Both the position numbers and the translations under genes were made by a program. A stretch of DNA of 64,000 nt from positions 20,342 to 84,341 of the forward strand of contig CAWHFJ010000017.1 of assembly GCA_963828495.1 (NCBI GenBank), read 5' to 3'. The DNA comes from Candidatus Omnitrophota bacterium. Its GTDB lineage: Bacteria > Omnitrophota > Gorgyraeia > Zapsychrales > Fredricksoniimonadaceae. Each line of letters opens with the position of its first letter. Within the stretch, counting starts at the first letter, position 1. Shown here piece after piece: positions 55,341 through 64,000 of this stretch. Below the pieces are notes generated by a model. That model did no database searches. It saw nothing but the letters and a program-made list of their open reading frames with translations, and was not told where the DNA came from.

Positions 55341-55895
55341 ATGATGGGAGCACCTATGATGCCTATTGGTCCTTTGATGATTGAGCACCGTTTGATCGAA
55401 CGGATGATTGCTTTGCTGAAAAAAGAATCCGCCCGGATTCGTTCCACAGGGCAGGTTAATGTGGAATTTATCCTTTCCGCGGTTGATTTTATACGGACTT
55501 ATGCCGATCATTGCCATCACGGCAAAGAGGAGAACATCCTTTTTCGAGACTTGAAAAAGAAAGCATTGTCAGATCAACATGCCTGGGTCTTAAAAGACCT
55601 GGAAGAAGAGCATGTGAAAGGCCGTCAGGTCGTTGCTGATCTTGTTGCTGCCCGGGAGGGGTATCTTAAGGGGGATAAAACCGCCATCGATGAAATCGCC
55701 CGTCTCATGGACGTCCTGGTCCAGTTTTACCCGAAACATATTGAAAAAGAAGACAAACATTTCTTCATCCCTTGCATGGCGTATTTTACCAAACAAGAAC
55801 AAGCCGCCATGTTAACCGAATGTTTCGAGTTCGACCGCCAAATGATCCACGAGAAATACGCGCAAGCTGTCCGGCAACTAGAAGAAAGGGGATAA
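55341..55895 (+). CDS. Hemerythrin-like (HHE cation-binding) domain protein
   Basis: IEHRLIERM, HCHHGKEENILF and HIEKEDKHFF His/Glu motifs. Confidence 0.65.
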   Translation: MMGAPMMPIGPLMIEHRLIERMIALLKKESARIRSTGQVNVEFILSAVDFIRTYADHCHHGKEENILFRDLKKKALSDQHAWVLKDLEEEHVKGRQVVADLVAAREGYLKGDKTAIDEIARLMDVLVQFYPKHIEKEDKHFFIPCMAYFTKQEQAAMLTECFEFDRQMIHEKYAQAVRQLEERG

Positions 55896-55898
55896 CCT

Positions 55899-56066
55899 AT
55901 GGATAAATATCGCTGCAGTATTTGCGGGTATATTTACGACCCTAAAGAAGGGGATCCCGAGGGGAATATCAAGCCACAAACAGCTTTCGAGGTCCTCCCT
56001 GAAGACTGGCAGTGCCCGCAGTGCCATGCTCCCAAGAGCCTGTTTGAAAAAGTTTCAATCGATTGA
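55899..56066 (+). CDS. Rubredoxin
   Basis: 55 aa, not in the supplied ORF track. [12 protein letters not shown]...[11 protein letters not shown] carries the two CxxCG/CPxC knuckles. Confidence 0.85.
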   Translation: MDKYRCSICGYIYDPKEGDPEGNIKPQTAFEVLPEDWQCPQCHAPKSLFEKVSID

Positions 56067-56390
56067 TTCAACGATAAATTCCCGGCCGATGGCTGTCGCC
56101 TCACCTAAAGTGTGGCATTGGGGACATTCCAGAGATTTTTTGGGACGTTCAAACAGATTGCCGCAGGAAGGACATTTTAACTTTACGGGGATGAAATTCA
56201 CAACAATGGTTGCACCTTCCACAGGGGTTCCTTCAGCTAAAGCTTCAAAATGAAGACGTACAGATTCTTCGTCCATACCCAGCCCTAAACCCACCTTCAG
56301 GTTAATAGAACGGACATGTTGGATATTTTTTTCAGCGGCTTGGGCGCAAATTTGGCGGATGGCGCCTTGGATTATATGGCTCTCATGCAT
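56055..56390 (-). CDS. hypA: Hydrogenase nickel insertion protein HypA
   Basis: MHE N-terminus plus CPSCG...CPQCH zinc site. Confidence 0.85.
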   Translation of the reverse strand: MHESHIIQGAIRQICAQAAEKNIQHVRSINLKVGLGLGMDEESVRLHFEALAEGTPVEGATIVVNFIPVKLKCPSCGNLFERPKKSLECPQCHTLGEATAIGREFIVESID

Positions 56391-56727
56391 TTTTACGGCT
56401 TGGCTCTTGACCGGTTCTTTTAAGGGAAGGGGTGGCTTGTTCGAGTTCCATATAAAGACATTTTTTGGGGCATAATTCTACACAAGACTTGCAGTTGACA
56501 CATTTGAAATGGTCCATAGACCAGACTTTTTCTTTAATGGATGTAAAAATAGCATCGGCAGGGCAACGTCTCATGCAGATGCCGCAGTAAATACATCCTG
56601 GCAAATCAATCACGATCTTGCCGCGCGCACCTGTGAAGGCCGTGCGTTTAACGGAAGGATAACGGCGGGTGGAGGGCTTTTTCCCTAAAGTTTTTAAAAT
56701 TGTAGATGTCATTTTAGCTACAGGCAT
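56383..56727 (-). CDS. echF: Ech-type hydrogenase 2x[4Fe-4S] subunit (EchF/NuoI-like)
   Basis: CIYCGICMRRCP and CVNCKSCVELCP motifs. Confidence 0.75.
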   Translation of the reverse strand: MPVAKMTSTILKTLGKKPSTRRYPSVKRTAFTGARGKIVIDLPGCIYCGICMRRCPADAIFTSIKEKVWSMDHFKCVNCKSCVELCPKKCLYMELEQATPSLKRTGQEPSRKNA

Positions 56728-56730
56728 AAA

Positions 56731-57810
56731 CTATCTTTCCGCACAACTGATACAAGGATCAATGGTTAAAACAAGGATCGGCACATCCGCCAGTTGGCAT
56801 CCGCCTAATATTTTAAGCAGCGGAGGCAGGTTGGCGAAGGTCGGGGTCCTGACCCTGAAACGTTTTAAGAATTTTGTCCCGTCAGCTTTGACGTAATAAA
56901 CAACTTCACCCCGAGGTTGTTCGGCGCGGGCAAAGTATTCTCCTTTAGGAAAACCCACCACTTTGGATTCCAGAGGCCCGTCAGGTATCTTGGCGGCGGC
57001 GTCTCTAATTAAGCGGCAGGATTCGAATAATTCCTTGACGCGTACCACACAACGTCCGTAGCTATCGCAAGTATTCTCAACCACAGGGGTAAAATTCAAT
57101 TCCTTGTAAGCCGCGTAACCGCTCATACGCACATCATAGGCAACACCGCTGGCACGAAGCATGGGACCAACGGCGCCTAACTTATAGGCATCTTCTTTGG
57201 AAAGAATGCCAACTCCCTTCAGGCGTGATTTGACCGAAGAATCTTTGAGAAACACATCGGCGCATTCGTGCATCTGGGCTTCGATGTCTTTTAATTCATT
57301 AAGAACATCTTTTAATTTATCCGCGCTGATATCCCGGCGGACACCGCCTATTTTGCTCGCGCCAAAAATGACACGCCCGCCTGTGGTTTCTTCGATAATA
57401 TCCAAAATGTGCTCGCGGATGCGCCAGCTATTCATAAAAAGGGCCTCAAAACCAAAAGCATCCGCCGTTAGCCCCAGCCATAGCAGGTGACTGTGGATAC
57501 GGGAAAATTCGGACCAGATCACACGCAGGTATTGCGCACGGGGAGGCACTTCAATATTCATGACCCCTTCAATGGCCAAACAGTAGGTTAGCCCGTGAAT
57601 AAAGCTGCAAATACCGCACACACGGTCAGCAATGTGAACAAAATCCGTGAATTCTTTCTTTTCAATCAGTTTTTCCAAGCCCCGATGCACAAACCCGATT
57701 CGGGGGATGACATCAACGACTTTTTCGTCTTCACAGACAAGATCTAAATGGATCGGCTCCGGCAAGACCGGATGTTGAGGGCCAAAAGGGATGATCGTTT
57801 GTTTACCCAT
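56731..57810 (-). CDS. echE: Ech-type [NiFe] hydrogenase large subunit
   Basis: RVCGICSFIH and DPCISCAER Ni-Fe ligand motifs. 359 aa. Confidence 0.9.
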   Translation of the reverse strand: MGKQTIIPFGPQHPVLPEPIHLDLVCEDEKVVDVIPRIGFVHRGLEKLIEKKEFTDFVHIADRVCGICSFIHGLTYCLAIEGVMNIEVPPRAQYLRVIWSEFSRIHSHLLWLGLTADAFGFEALFMNSWRIREHILDIIEETTGGRVIFGASKIGGVRRDISADKLKDVLNELKDIEAQMHECADVFLKDSSVKSRLKGVGILSKEDAYKLGAVGPMLRASGVAYDVRMSGYAAYKELNFTPVVENTCDSYGRCVVRVKELFESCRLIRDAAAKIPDGPLESKVVGFPKGEYFARAEQPRGEVVYYVKADGTKFLKRFRVRTPTFANLPPLLKILGGCQLADVPILVLTIDPCISCAER

Positions 57811-57815
57811 ATATT

Positions 57816-58169
57816 TTATTCCCGCTTAGCTTCAGTATTAAACGGCGTTTTAACGGCCGTTGTATAAAAGTTGCCTTTATAATCAATGGCATTGCCTTTG
57901 ATATTAATGCCAAATAAATCATGCAGTTCATTTTCATAGCCGAACGCGCCGAAATAAACATCCGTAATGGACGGGACTTCGACGTCAATAGAGGGCAGGA
58001 TAATACGTAGCGTCACTAAATCATGGTCTTTGCCAAAGCCATAACTTAATTCCAATTGTTCTAATTTGGCCGCACAGATCTGCACGAGCCGCCAGTTGCC
58101 GGCCATGAATTCTTTGGCCTTAGCAACCAGTTCTTCTATTTTTATTTCAACGATTTCTTGTTTTCCCAT
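57816..58169 (-). CDS. echD: Ech-type hydrogenase subunit D (short NuoC-like)
   Basis: GAFGYENELHDLFGINIKGN resembles the NuoC core. Position in echABCDEF order. Confidence 0.65.
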   Translation of the reverse strand: MGKQEIVEIKIEELVAKAKEFMAGNWRLVQICAAKLEQLELSYGFGKDHDLVTLRIILPSIDVEVPSITDVYFGAFGYENELHDLFGINIKGNAIDYKGNFYTTAVKTPFNTEAKRE

Positions 58170-58174
58170 CGTGT

Positions 58175-58624
58175 TTACCTTTTAGCAGCTTTTTTGTCCT
58201 GTTGCCGCTGGGCATGTTTTTCTTCCAGGACAGCCAACGCTTGAACAACACCGCTGATAATATTTTCAGGTTTAGCCGCGCAGCCGGGCACGTAAACATC
58301 CACAGGTATGGCTTTGTCTACACCGCCGATAATATTGTAACACTCTGCGAAAATCCCGCCGCTTAACGCGCAGGTGCCTATGGCCACCACTACTTTAGGC
58401 TCAGGCATCTGGTTATAAATATTTTCTACCACGCTTTTACTTTGTTCGTTGATAGACCCGGTAATAAGGAAAATATCCGCATGTTTGGGGTTTCCGGTGT
58501 TGATAATCCCAAAACGCTCAATGTCGTACATAGGCGTCAAACAGGCCAGGACCTCAATATCGCAGCCATTGCAACTTGAGCCGTCGTAGTGGATAACCCA
58601 TGGTGATTTTTGTAAAAATGACAT
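58175..58624 (-). CDS. echC: Ech-type hydrogenase small subunit (NuoB-like)
   Basis: GSSCNGCD, GTCALSGG and PGCAAKPE motifs. Confidence 0.85.
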   Translation of the reverse strand: MSFLQKSPWVIHYDGSSCNGCDIEVLACLTPMYDIERFGIINTGNPKHADIFLITGSINEQSKSVVENIYNQMPEPKVVVAIGTCALSGGIFAECYNIIGGVDKAIPVDVYVPGCAAKPENIISGVVQALAVLEEKHAQRQQDKKAAKR

Positions 58625-58630
58625 AATGAC

Positions 58631-59482
58631 CTATTTCAACAATGATAAAACCGCGATATTGCCCATACCGAAAATATATGTCGATATCCATGCGGCTTTT
58701 AAAACCGTTTGCCAACGCAGACGGGCAAATGTATTGTCTACAAGGACAACCAGAAAAAATACGGCGCATTCCACCGCAAGACCTAACCAGATATTATTAG
58801 GGAAAAAGAGAAGAATAATCCCTAAAATTAAAACAAGTTCAAACCAATGCGCAATCTCTAAAAGGGCAAGCGTCGGTCCTGAAAATTCTGTGGTAATGCC
58901 TTTGACCAACTCCTGATGAGCATGATGCGACATGGACAGGTCAAAAGGGGACTTGCGCATCTTGATCGGCAGGATAAACAAAAAGCCGATAAATATCCCC
59001 GGCAGTTGCAGCAGGAGCGGTTTGCCCGAAGATATAATATGAAATACGTTAAAACTATGTGTGGTCATATACATGCCTATGGCGGTTATGATCAGCATGG
59101 GTTCATACGCCATCATTTGAATCAATTCCCGTTCAGCGCCGACGTAGGCATAAGGGGAAGATGTCCTGTAGGCGCCTAAAATAAAGAATACACCGGCCAA
59201 AGCAAAGGCAAACACCACTAAAAGTAAATCTCCGCCGCAAAAGAACAAAGCGCCGGTCAATATCAAGAATAGCAGATGAAAAATGATGAAAAGATTCTGG
59301 GCTTTGCGGACAACTAAATTCTCTTTGGAAAAAAGCTTACCCACATCATAAAACGGCTGTAGGATGGGAGGGCCGATACGGCTTTGCATCCGGGCGGTGA
59401 TAATACGGTCCAAACCCGCCAGAAGACCGCCTGCGATAGGAGCTAAAATTAAATAAGAAATAAAAATTAAAGGTGTATTCAT
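58631..59482 (-). CDS. echB: Ech-type hydrogenase membrane subunit B (NuoH-like)
   Basis: DRIITARMQSRIGPP motif and a multi-TM body. Confidence 0.8.
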   Translation of the reverse strand: MNTPLIFISYLILAPIAGGLLAGLDRIITARMQSRIGPPILQPFYDVGKLFSKENLVVRKAQNLFIIFHLLFLILTGALFFCGGDLLLVVFAFALAGVFFILGAYRTSSPYAYVGAERELIQMMAYEPMLIITAIGMYMTTHSFNVFHIISSGKPLLLQLPGIFIGFLFILPIKMRKSPFDLSMSHHAHQELVKGITTEFSGPTLALLEIAHWFELVLILGIILLFFPNNIWLGLAVECAVFFLVVLVDNTFARLRWQTVLKAAWISTYIFGMGNIAVLSLLK

Positions 59483-61364
59483 CTAAATAATAAAAGCACT
59501 AACATAACGATTAATAAAAAACAAGATATACGTAAACCCCACGGATATAATTTTTTTTCCGCAAAAAATTCTTCCAACATATAATTCTGCATGGTGTAGG
59601 GCCTTGAATTGCCCAAAGAATCTTTAAACGTGCCGATGGTGTCGGTATTGGCGCCGCCTAAATAGGGAGCGACACGCTTGGTGTTACGGTCAAAATTAAT
59701 GGATATAAGCGGGAAAAGCAAAATAAGTCCAAGCATAAGCAACATAATTGTTATATTGCCGCTACTCATACTTACCGAGACACCGTAATGGCCCAACAAA
59801 TATGGTTCAATATAATAGGTAGATATCCAGGGAAAGAAGGCACAGGCAACAACTGTCAAGAAGGCTAAAGTATTCAGAGAGAAAAATTCTTCACCGGAGA
59901 CATTTTTTTCTTCTCCTGTGGGAGGATCAATAGCTAAAAGCAGTTTGCCCATCCATTTAACCCAGAAAAATAGGTTTGCGGCGCCGCCAAAAGCGACTAA
60001 TACAGCTAAAAGCGGGCTGACATCCACCAGCGCTTTTAATACGGCCCATTTGCTGATAAGCATTCCAAACGGAGCTAAAAACATCCCGGCCATGCCGATC
60101 AGCATCAAGGTGGCCATGGTCGGCATGCTCGTGATTAAGCCTTCCATCATTTCAATTTCGCGGCTACCTTTGCGATGCTCCACACTACCGACACACAAGA
60201 ATAAAAGCCCTTTAGCCACGGCATGGAAGATAATCAATAGAATACCTGCCCAGACAGCCTGTGCCGTCCCAATGCCGGCGCATAAAATCACCAACCCCAG
60301 GTTGGCGATGGTGGAATAGGCTAATACACGCTTGGCATTGTTTTCTGTGATGGCGATCAAAGAAGCAATCAAGAATGTTACAGCACCGATAAGGGCTATG
60401 ACCAGCCCCATATAAGAACCCTGCAGGATAGAAGAAAAGCGCAAAACAAGATAAACGCCTGCCTTAACCATGGTGCTGGAATGCAACAAGGCTGAAACCG
60501 GAGTAGGGGCAACCATGGCGCCCAAAAGCCAGTCGCAAAACGGCAACTGGGCAGCTTTGGTCAAGCCCGCAATGGACATCAAGGCCACAGGCGCCAAAGC
60601 CGCGAACTTGGATATCACAAAGAGTTTATCCATCTCTATTGTACCTACGGAACAAATCAAAATATAAAGGGCCATAACAAATCCAAGTCCTCCAAGAAGA
60701 TTGACTTCAAGGGCCCTAAAGGCGTTTCGAGTTGCTTCTTCGGTGCGGGTGTACCCTATTAATAGGAAGGAACAGGCGGTGGTCACCTCCCAGAAGAAAT
60801 ACAGCCAAATTAGGTTATTGGCAAATACCACGCCAAACATAGCGGACAAAAATACGAATAATAGCAAGAAAAAGAATGGTCTACGGTCTGGCTGGTCTGA
60901 TGATGGTGCTGAAAATCTTTCATGTACCCAATGGCAAAGATGCAGATAAGGGTGCCGATAATACCTATAATAAGGGCCATAATGGCGGAAAATTGGTCAA
61001 TAAAGAGATTATTCTGGGCTTCAATATGATGTCCTGAAAAGAACTCAAGGAAAATCATGGTGAGAATCTGGAAAAGGACCAATCCGACAACCAACGGACG
61101 TTTGTGCTTGATACCCTGGATGATAAGATATAGGGAAAGAAGGCCCTCAAGAACGAAAATGAGCTTATCCGCCCAAATGGTATGGGCCGGAAAATACAAA
61201 CCACCGCCTTTAATGACCCCGAAGGCACAAACTACAGAAACCACTCCAATGACAGCCGAAGCTATTTTTACCAACCAATGGCGTAAGGCGTCTTGGGGGC
61301 AAAGGTAAATACCAACGGCTGCAATGGCGGGAAATACAATAAGAAAAGCAATTTCTGATAACAT
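59479..61364 (-). pseudogene. echA: Ech-type hydrogenase membrane subunit A (NuoL-like), frameshift near 60870 in an A5/T5 run
   Basis: ORFs 60810-61364 and 59479-60867 are colinear with one NuoL/HycC-like protein (LPFCDWLLGAMVAPTPVSALLHS). Confidence 0.75.
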
Positions 61365-61502
61365 AGGAGGTCATTATACACAAATTAAACTCTATGGCAA
61401 ATTGTTTTAGACAATTTATCTGCGGGCGTGGCCTGTCTTGGCCTTGATATTTTGGTAAATAATTGGTAGACGCCACCATTTATTTTGTTAATATATGAGC
61501 CT

Positions 61503-62849
61503 ATGTTCCCAACACCACAAAGACCCTTACGTGTAGCCGTTGTCGGAGCCGGTCCTGCCGGTTTTTATACGGCAGATACCCTTTTTAAACAAAATATACC
61601 TGTTAAGGTGGATCTATTTGAAAAGTTACCGGCGCCTTTCGGTCTTGTGCGTTATGGGGTGGCCCCTGATCATCAAATGATCAAAAATGTGATTAAAGTT
61701 TTTGAACAAACCGCTGTCAGATAAAAGATTTTCCTATTTTGGCAACGTGACCATAGGCCGTGATATCAGTGTTTTCGAGCTAAAAAAGTTTTATGATGCG
61801 ACTGTTTTTTGTTACGGGGCAGAAATAGACAGGCATTTAGGCATTAAAGGGGAAGATTTAAAAGGCGGTTATACGGCCTCCCAATTTATCGGCTGGTATA
61901 ACGGCCATCCGCGATTTAGGGACTGCTCATTTGATTTTTCCCATGAGGTGGCTGTTATCATGGGGCAGGGGAACGTGGCCATTGATATTGCCCGTATTTT
62001 GTGTTGCAGTAAGGAAGAATTGGCCAAAACCGATATTTCTCAGCATGCTTTGGATATTTTAGCCGAAAGTAAGATAAAACAAGTGCATGTTTACGGACGC
62101 CGTGCAGCTGTTTATGCGGCTTTTAGTCCTGCGGAAATCAAAGAAATGGCACAATTGGCGGATTGTTGTCCGTTTGTGTCTTCAAAGACTTAGAACTTTC
62201 TCCCGGCTCCTGGAAGGAATTGGAAGACCATGCCAATGTTTTTCGTAAGAAAAATCTTGAAATTTTAAAATCGTTCTCGACTTTTGACTGTAGTAAGTAT
62301 CAAAAGAAATTTATTTTGCATTTTAACAGGACCCCGGTGGAGATTATTGGCGCCTCTCGAGTAGAAAAAGTCAGCTTTGAGATCAACCATGAGGGCAAAC
62401 CAACCGGTCAATATGAAGAAATCGACTGCGGGGCCTTTTTTACCAGCATCGGCCAGGTAGGCATGCCTATGGAAGGGGTGCCTTTTTTGCATCAAAAGGG
62501 AATAGTGCCTAACCGTCAGGGACGTGTTTTGGGCGGGGAAGGGGCTATTAAGGGTTGGTATGTTTCCGGGTGGATTGGCCATGGGGCCAGTGGTCTTATC
62601 GGGACTAATAAACTACTTGCCCAAGAGACAGTCCATTCTTTAATGGAAGACCTGCAGGGTTTGTCTGTTTGTGAAAAACCCGATACTGAGGAGCCCATTA
62701 ACTTGCTTAAAGAGCGCGGGGTTACTCCGGTGACCTTTATTGATTGGAAAAAGATAGATGCTTATGAAATTATGATGGGCCTAAGTTTGGGTAAACCCAG
62801 GGAAAAAGTGACTAGAATTTCGAAAATGATCTCTTTAGCCCGGCATTAA
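61503..62849 (+). pseudogene. FprA/adrenodoxin-reductase-type NADPH:ferredoxin oxidoreductase, three frame segments
   Basis: [15 protein letters not shown]...[12 protein letters not shown], then GQGNVAIDIARIL, then WYVSGWIGHGASGLIGTN, across ORFs 61485, 61702 and 62163. Confidence 0.7.
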
Positions 62850-63003
62850 ATCGCTAACGAAAATGGGGATGATGGGGAGTTAAAAAAAAAGAGTTGAAAA
62901 AAGTACTGGATTTTTAAACAAAATATGTTATATTAGAATTCACTAATCTAACCCAAGATACGGGGAAAAATTCCCCATGGGTGCTTTAAGGAGGTATATT
63001 CCT

Positions 63004-63096
63004 ATGAACGGACCACATAACCAAGAATCAAATCAGAAGGCCCAACAGGAAGAAGAAGCGACATTTGCCTGGGATGAGGCCAATGTTTTAATCTAA
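63004..63096 (+). CDS. Candidate 30-aa acidic small protein
   Basis: AAGGAGG lies 7 nt upstream of the ATG. A GC hairpin plus T-run terminator follows (63121-63152). No homology is recognisable. Confidence 0.3.
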   Translation: MNGPHNQESNQKAQQEEEATFAWDEANVLI

Positions 63097-63190
63097 ATTC
63101 CTCTAAATTGGGTATTTTAAGGGCTTAGCCTAAGGGCTTAAGCCCTTTTTTTTGTCTTTTCCTTGTCAATATCCTTCCAAAATCAATATT

Positions 63191-63245
63191 TTTCCTAAAT
63201 TTTTCCAGAATTTGACCCAAATTTGTCCTAAATTTGCCCTAAATT
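63191..63245 (+). repeat. Five tandem 11-bp units (consensus TKnCCTAAATT) upstream of the paralog promoter
   Basis: tttcctaaatt / tttccagaatt / tgacccaaatt / tgtcctaaatt / tgccctaaatt, in exact 11-bp register. Confidence 0.7.
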
Positions 63246-63282
63246 GGATGTATATAGATATATATGCTATACTTTTATGATG

Positions 63283-64000
63283 ATGAAAAAGTTTATTTTA
63301 TCCCTTACCATCTTGTGTTTTATCATAACAAGCGTATTGGGGACATGTCCTGTTTATGCCCAGGAGGGTTTTATTTTGCCCGCACCCGGGGTGATGGTCC
63401 ATTTAAGCCCCGAGTTTAATCCTCCGATATTAAAAGGCATCAAAATCCATTCGGATAATCCTTTCCGTTTCGATTTTATCTTAGATCAAGGCGATACGCC
63501 AACCAGGGGAAACGATGACCAAGAATTACGAACGGAAGCCAATAAATTGATCAAATACTTCCTAGCCAGCCTAACGATTCCTGAGAAAGATTTGTGGGTT
63601 AATTTATCTCCCTATGAAAAGAACCGTATTGTTCCGGAAGCCTTTGGTCAGACCGAAATGGGCCGGGATTTGCTCGCGGAAGACTACATGCTCAAGCAAA
63701 TAACAGCTTCTTTGATATATCCGGAAGATGAAATAGGTAAGAAATTCTGGAAAAGGGTGTATGAGGAGGCTCAAAAGAAGTTTGGAACGACCAATGTCCC
63801 GGTCAATACGTTTAATAAGGTATGGATAGTGCCTGAAAAGGCGGTGGTGTATGAAAATGCCCAAGCAGGCACAGCATATGTGGTGGAAACTAAGCTTAAA
63901 GTCATGCTTGAGCAGGATTATTTAGCCCTCGAAAAGAGGGGGGCGACGAATCGAACCAACGTCAACCGAGTGTCAAAGCCTAGGCTCTCAAATCGTCCGC
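63283..64000 (+). CDS. Paralog of the 37805-41050 protein, 3' end outside window
   Basis: MKKFILSL signal, then LPAPGVMVHLSPEFNPPILKGIKIHSDNPFRFDFILDQGD... nearly identical to the N-module of the 1087-aa protein. ATGs also occur at 63277 and 63280. A frame change is possible at the G6 run 63938-63943. Confidence 0.7.
   Translation, partial: MKKFILSLTILCFIITSVLGTCPVYAQEGFILPAPGVMVHLSPEFNPPILKGIKIHSDNPFRFDFILDQGDTPTRGNDDQELRTEANKLIKYFLASLTIPEKDLWVNLSPYEKNRIVPEAFGQTEMGRDLLAEDYMLKQITASLIYPEDEIGKKFWKRVYEEAQKKFGTTNVPVNTFNKVWIVPEKAVVYENAQAGTAYVVETKLKVMLEQDYLALEKRGATNRTNVNRVSKPRLSNRP

Noticed and set aside
63191-63245. CRISPR array or iteron origin
   Set aside because: The units are only 11 bp, directly abutting, with no spacers and no cas genes. 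No DnaA boxes or rep gene are nearby. I found no CRISPR-like array anywhere in the window.

Overview
This is a 64-kb, densely coding bacterial chromosomal window, probably from an uncultivated anaerobe. The lineage cannot be fixed from the sequence alone.

**Accessory region (1 to 12.2 kb).** It starts with a truncated HNH gene and a hicB-hicA pair. Next comes an ~11-kb integrative island inserted in tRNA-Pro(GGG). The island is delimited by 41-bp direct repeats (1136-1176 and 12158-12198) and has a tyrosine integrase abutting the intact tRNA. Island cargo:
- a nucleotidyltransferase TA-like pair
- two small membrane proteins
- a DeoR-family regulator
- a type II-short CBASS (Cap5 HNH-SAVED effector, CD-NTase, E2-only Cap2-like protein)
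- a separate three-gene operon: a TIGR04141/DUF6119-like putative nuclease, a DNPH1/Rcl-like N-glycosidase-fold protein and an MfnB/DUF556-like aldolase-fold protein

I cannot assign that three-gene operon to any described system. It is the best candidate here for a novel defence module.

**Core region.**
- PilZ, hom-thrC-coaB-(ApgM-like)-lysC-cimA, valS, nadC
- a TMTC-like TPR membrane protein, metH, a cyclophilin, a DUF1566 protein
- a sigma factor with a structured leader
- an APC permease fused to a P-II domain, followed by a stand-alone P-II protein
- pntAA-AB-B
- a 1087-aa secreted protein with a paralog at the window end
- exbBD
- two group-4 [NiFe] hydrogenase clusters: an Mrp/Mbh-type with an NAD(P)H module, and an Ech-type six-gene cluster. 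A hemerythrin-like gene and a rubredoxin gene lie between them.

**Sequence quality.** Many housekeeping genes are interrupted by +/-1 frameshifts. These are either assembly indels or pseudogenes, and their distribution along the window is uneven.

I found no rRNA genes and no CRISPR array.
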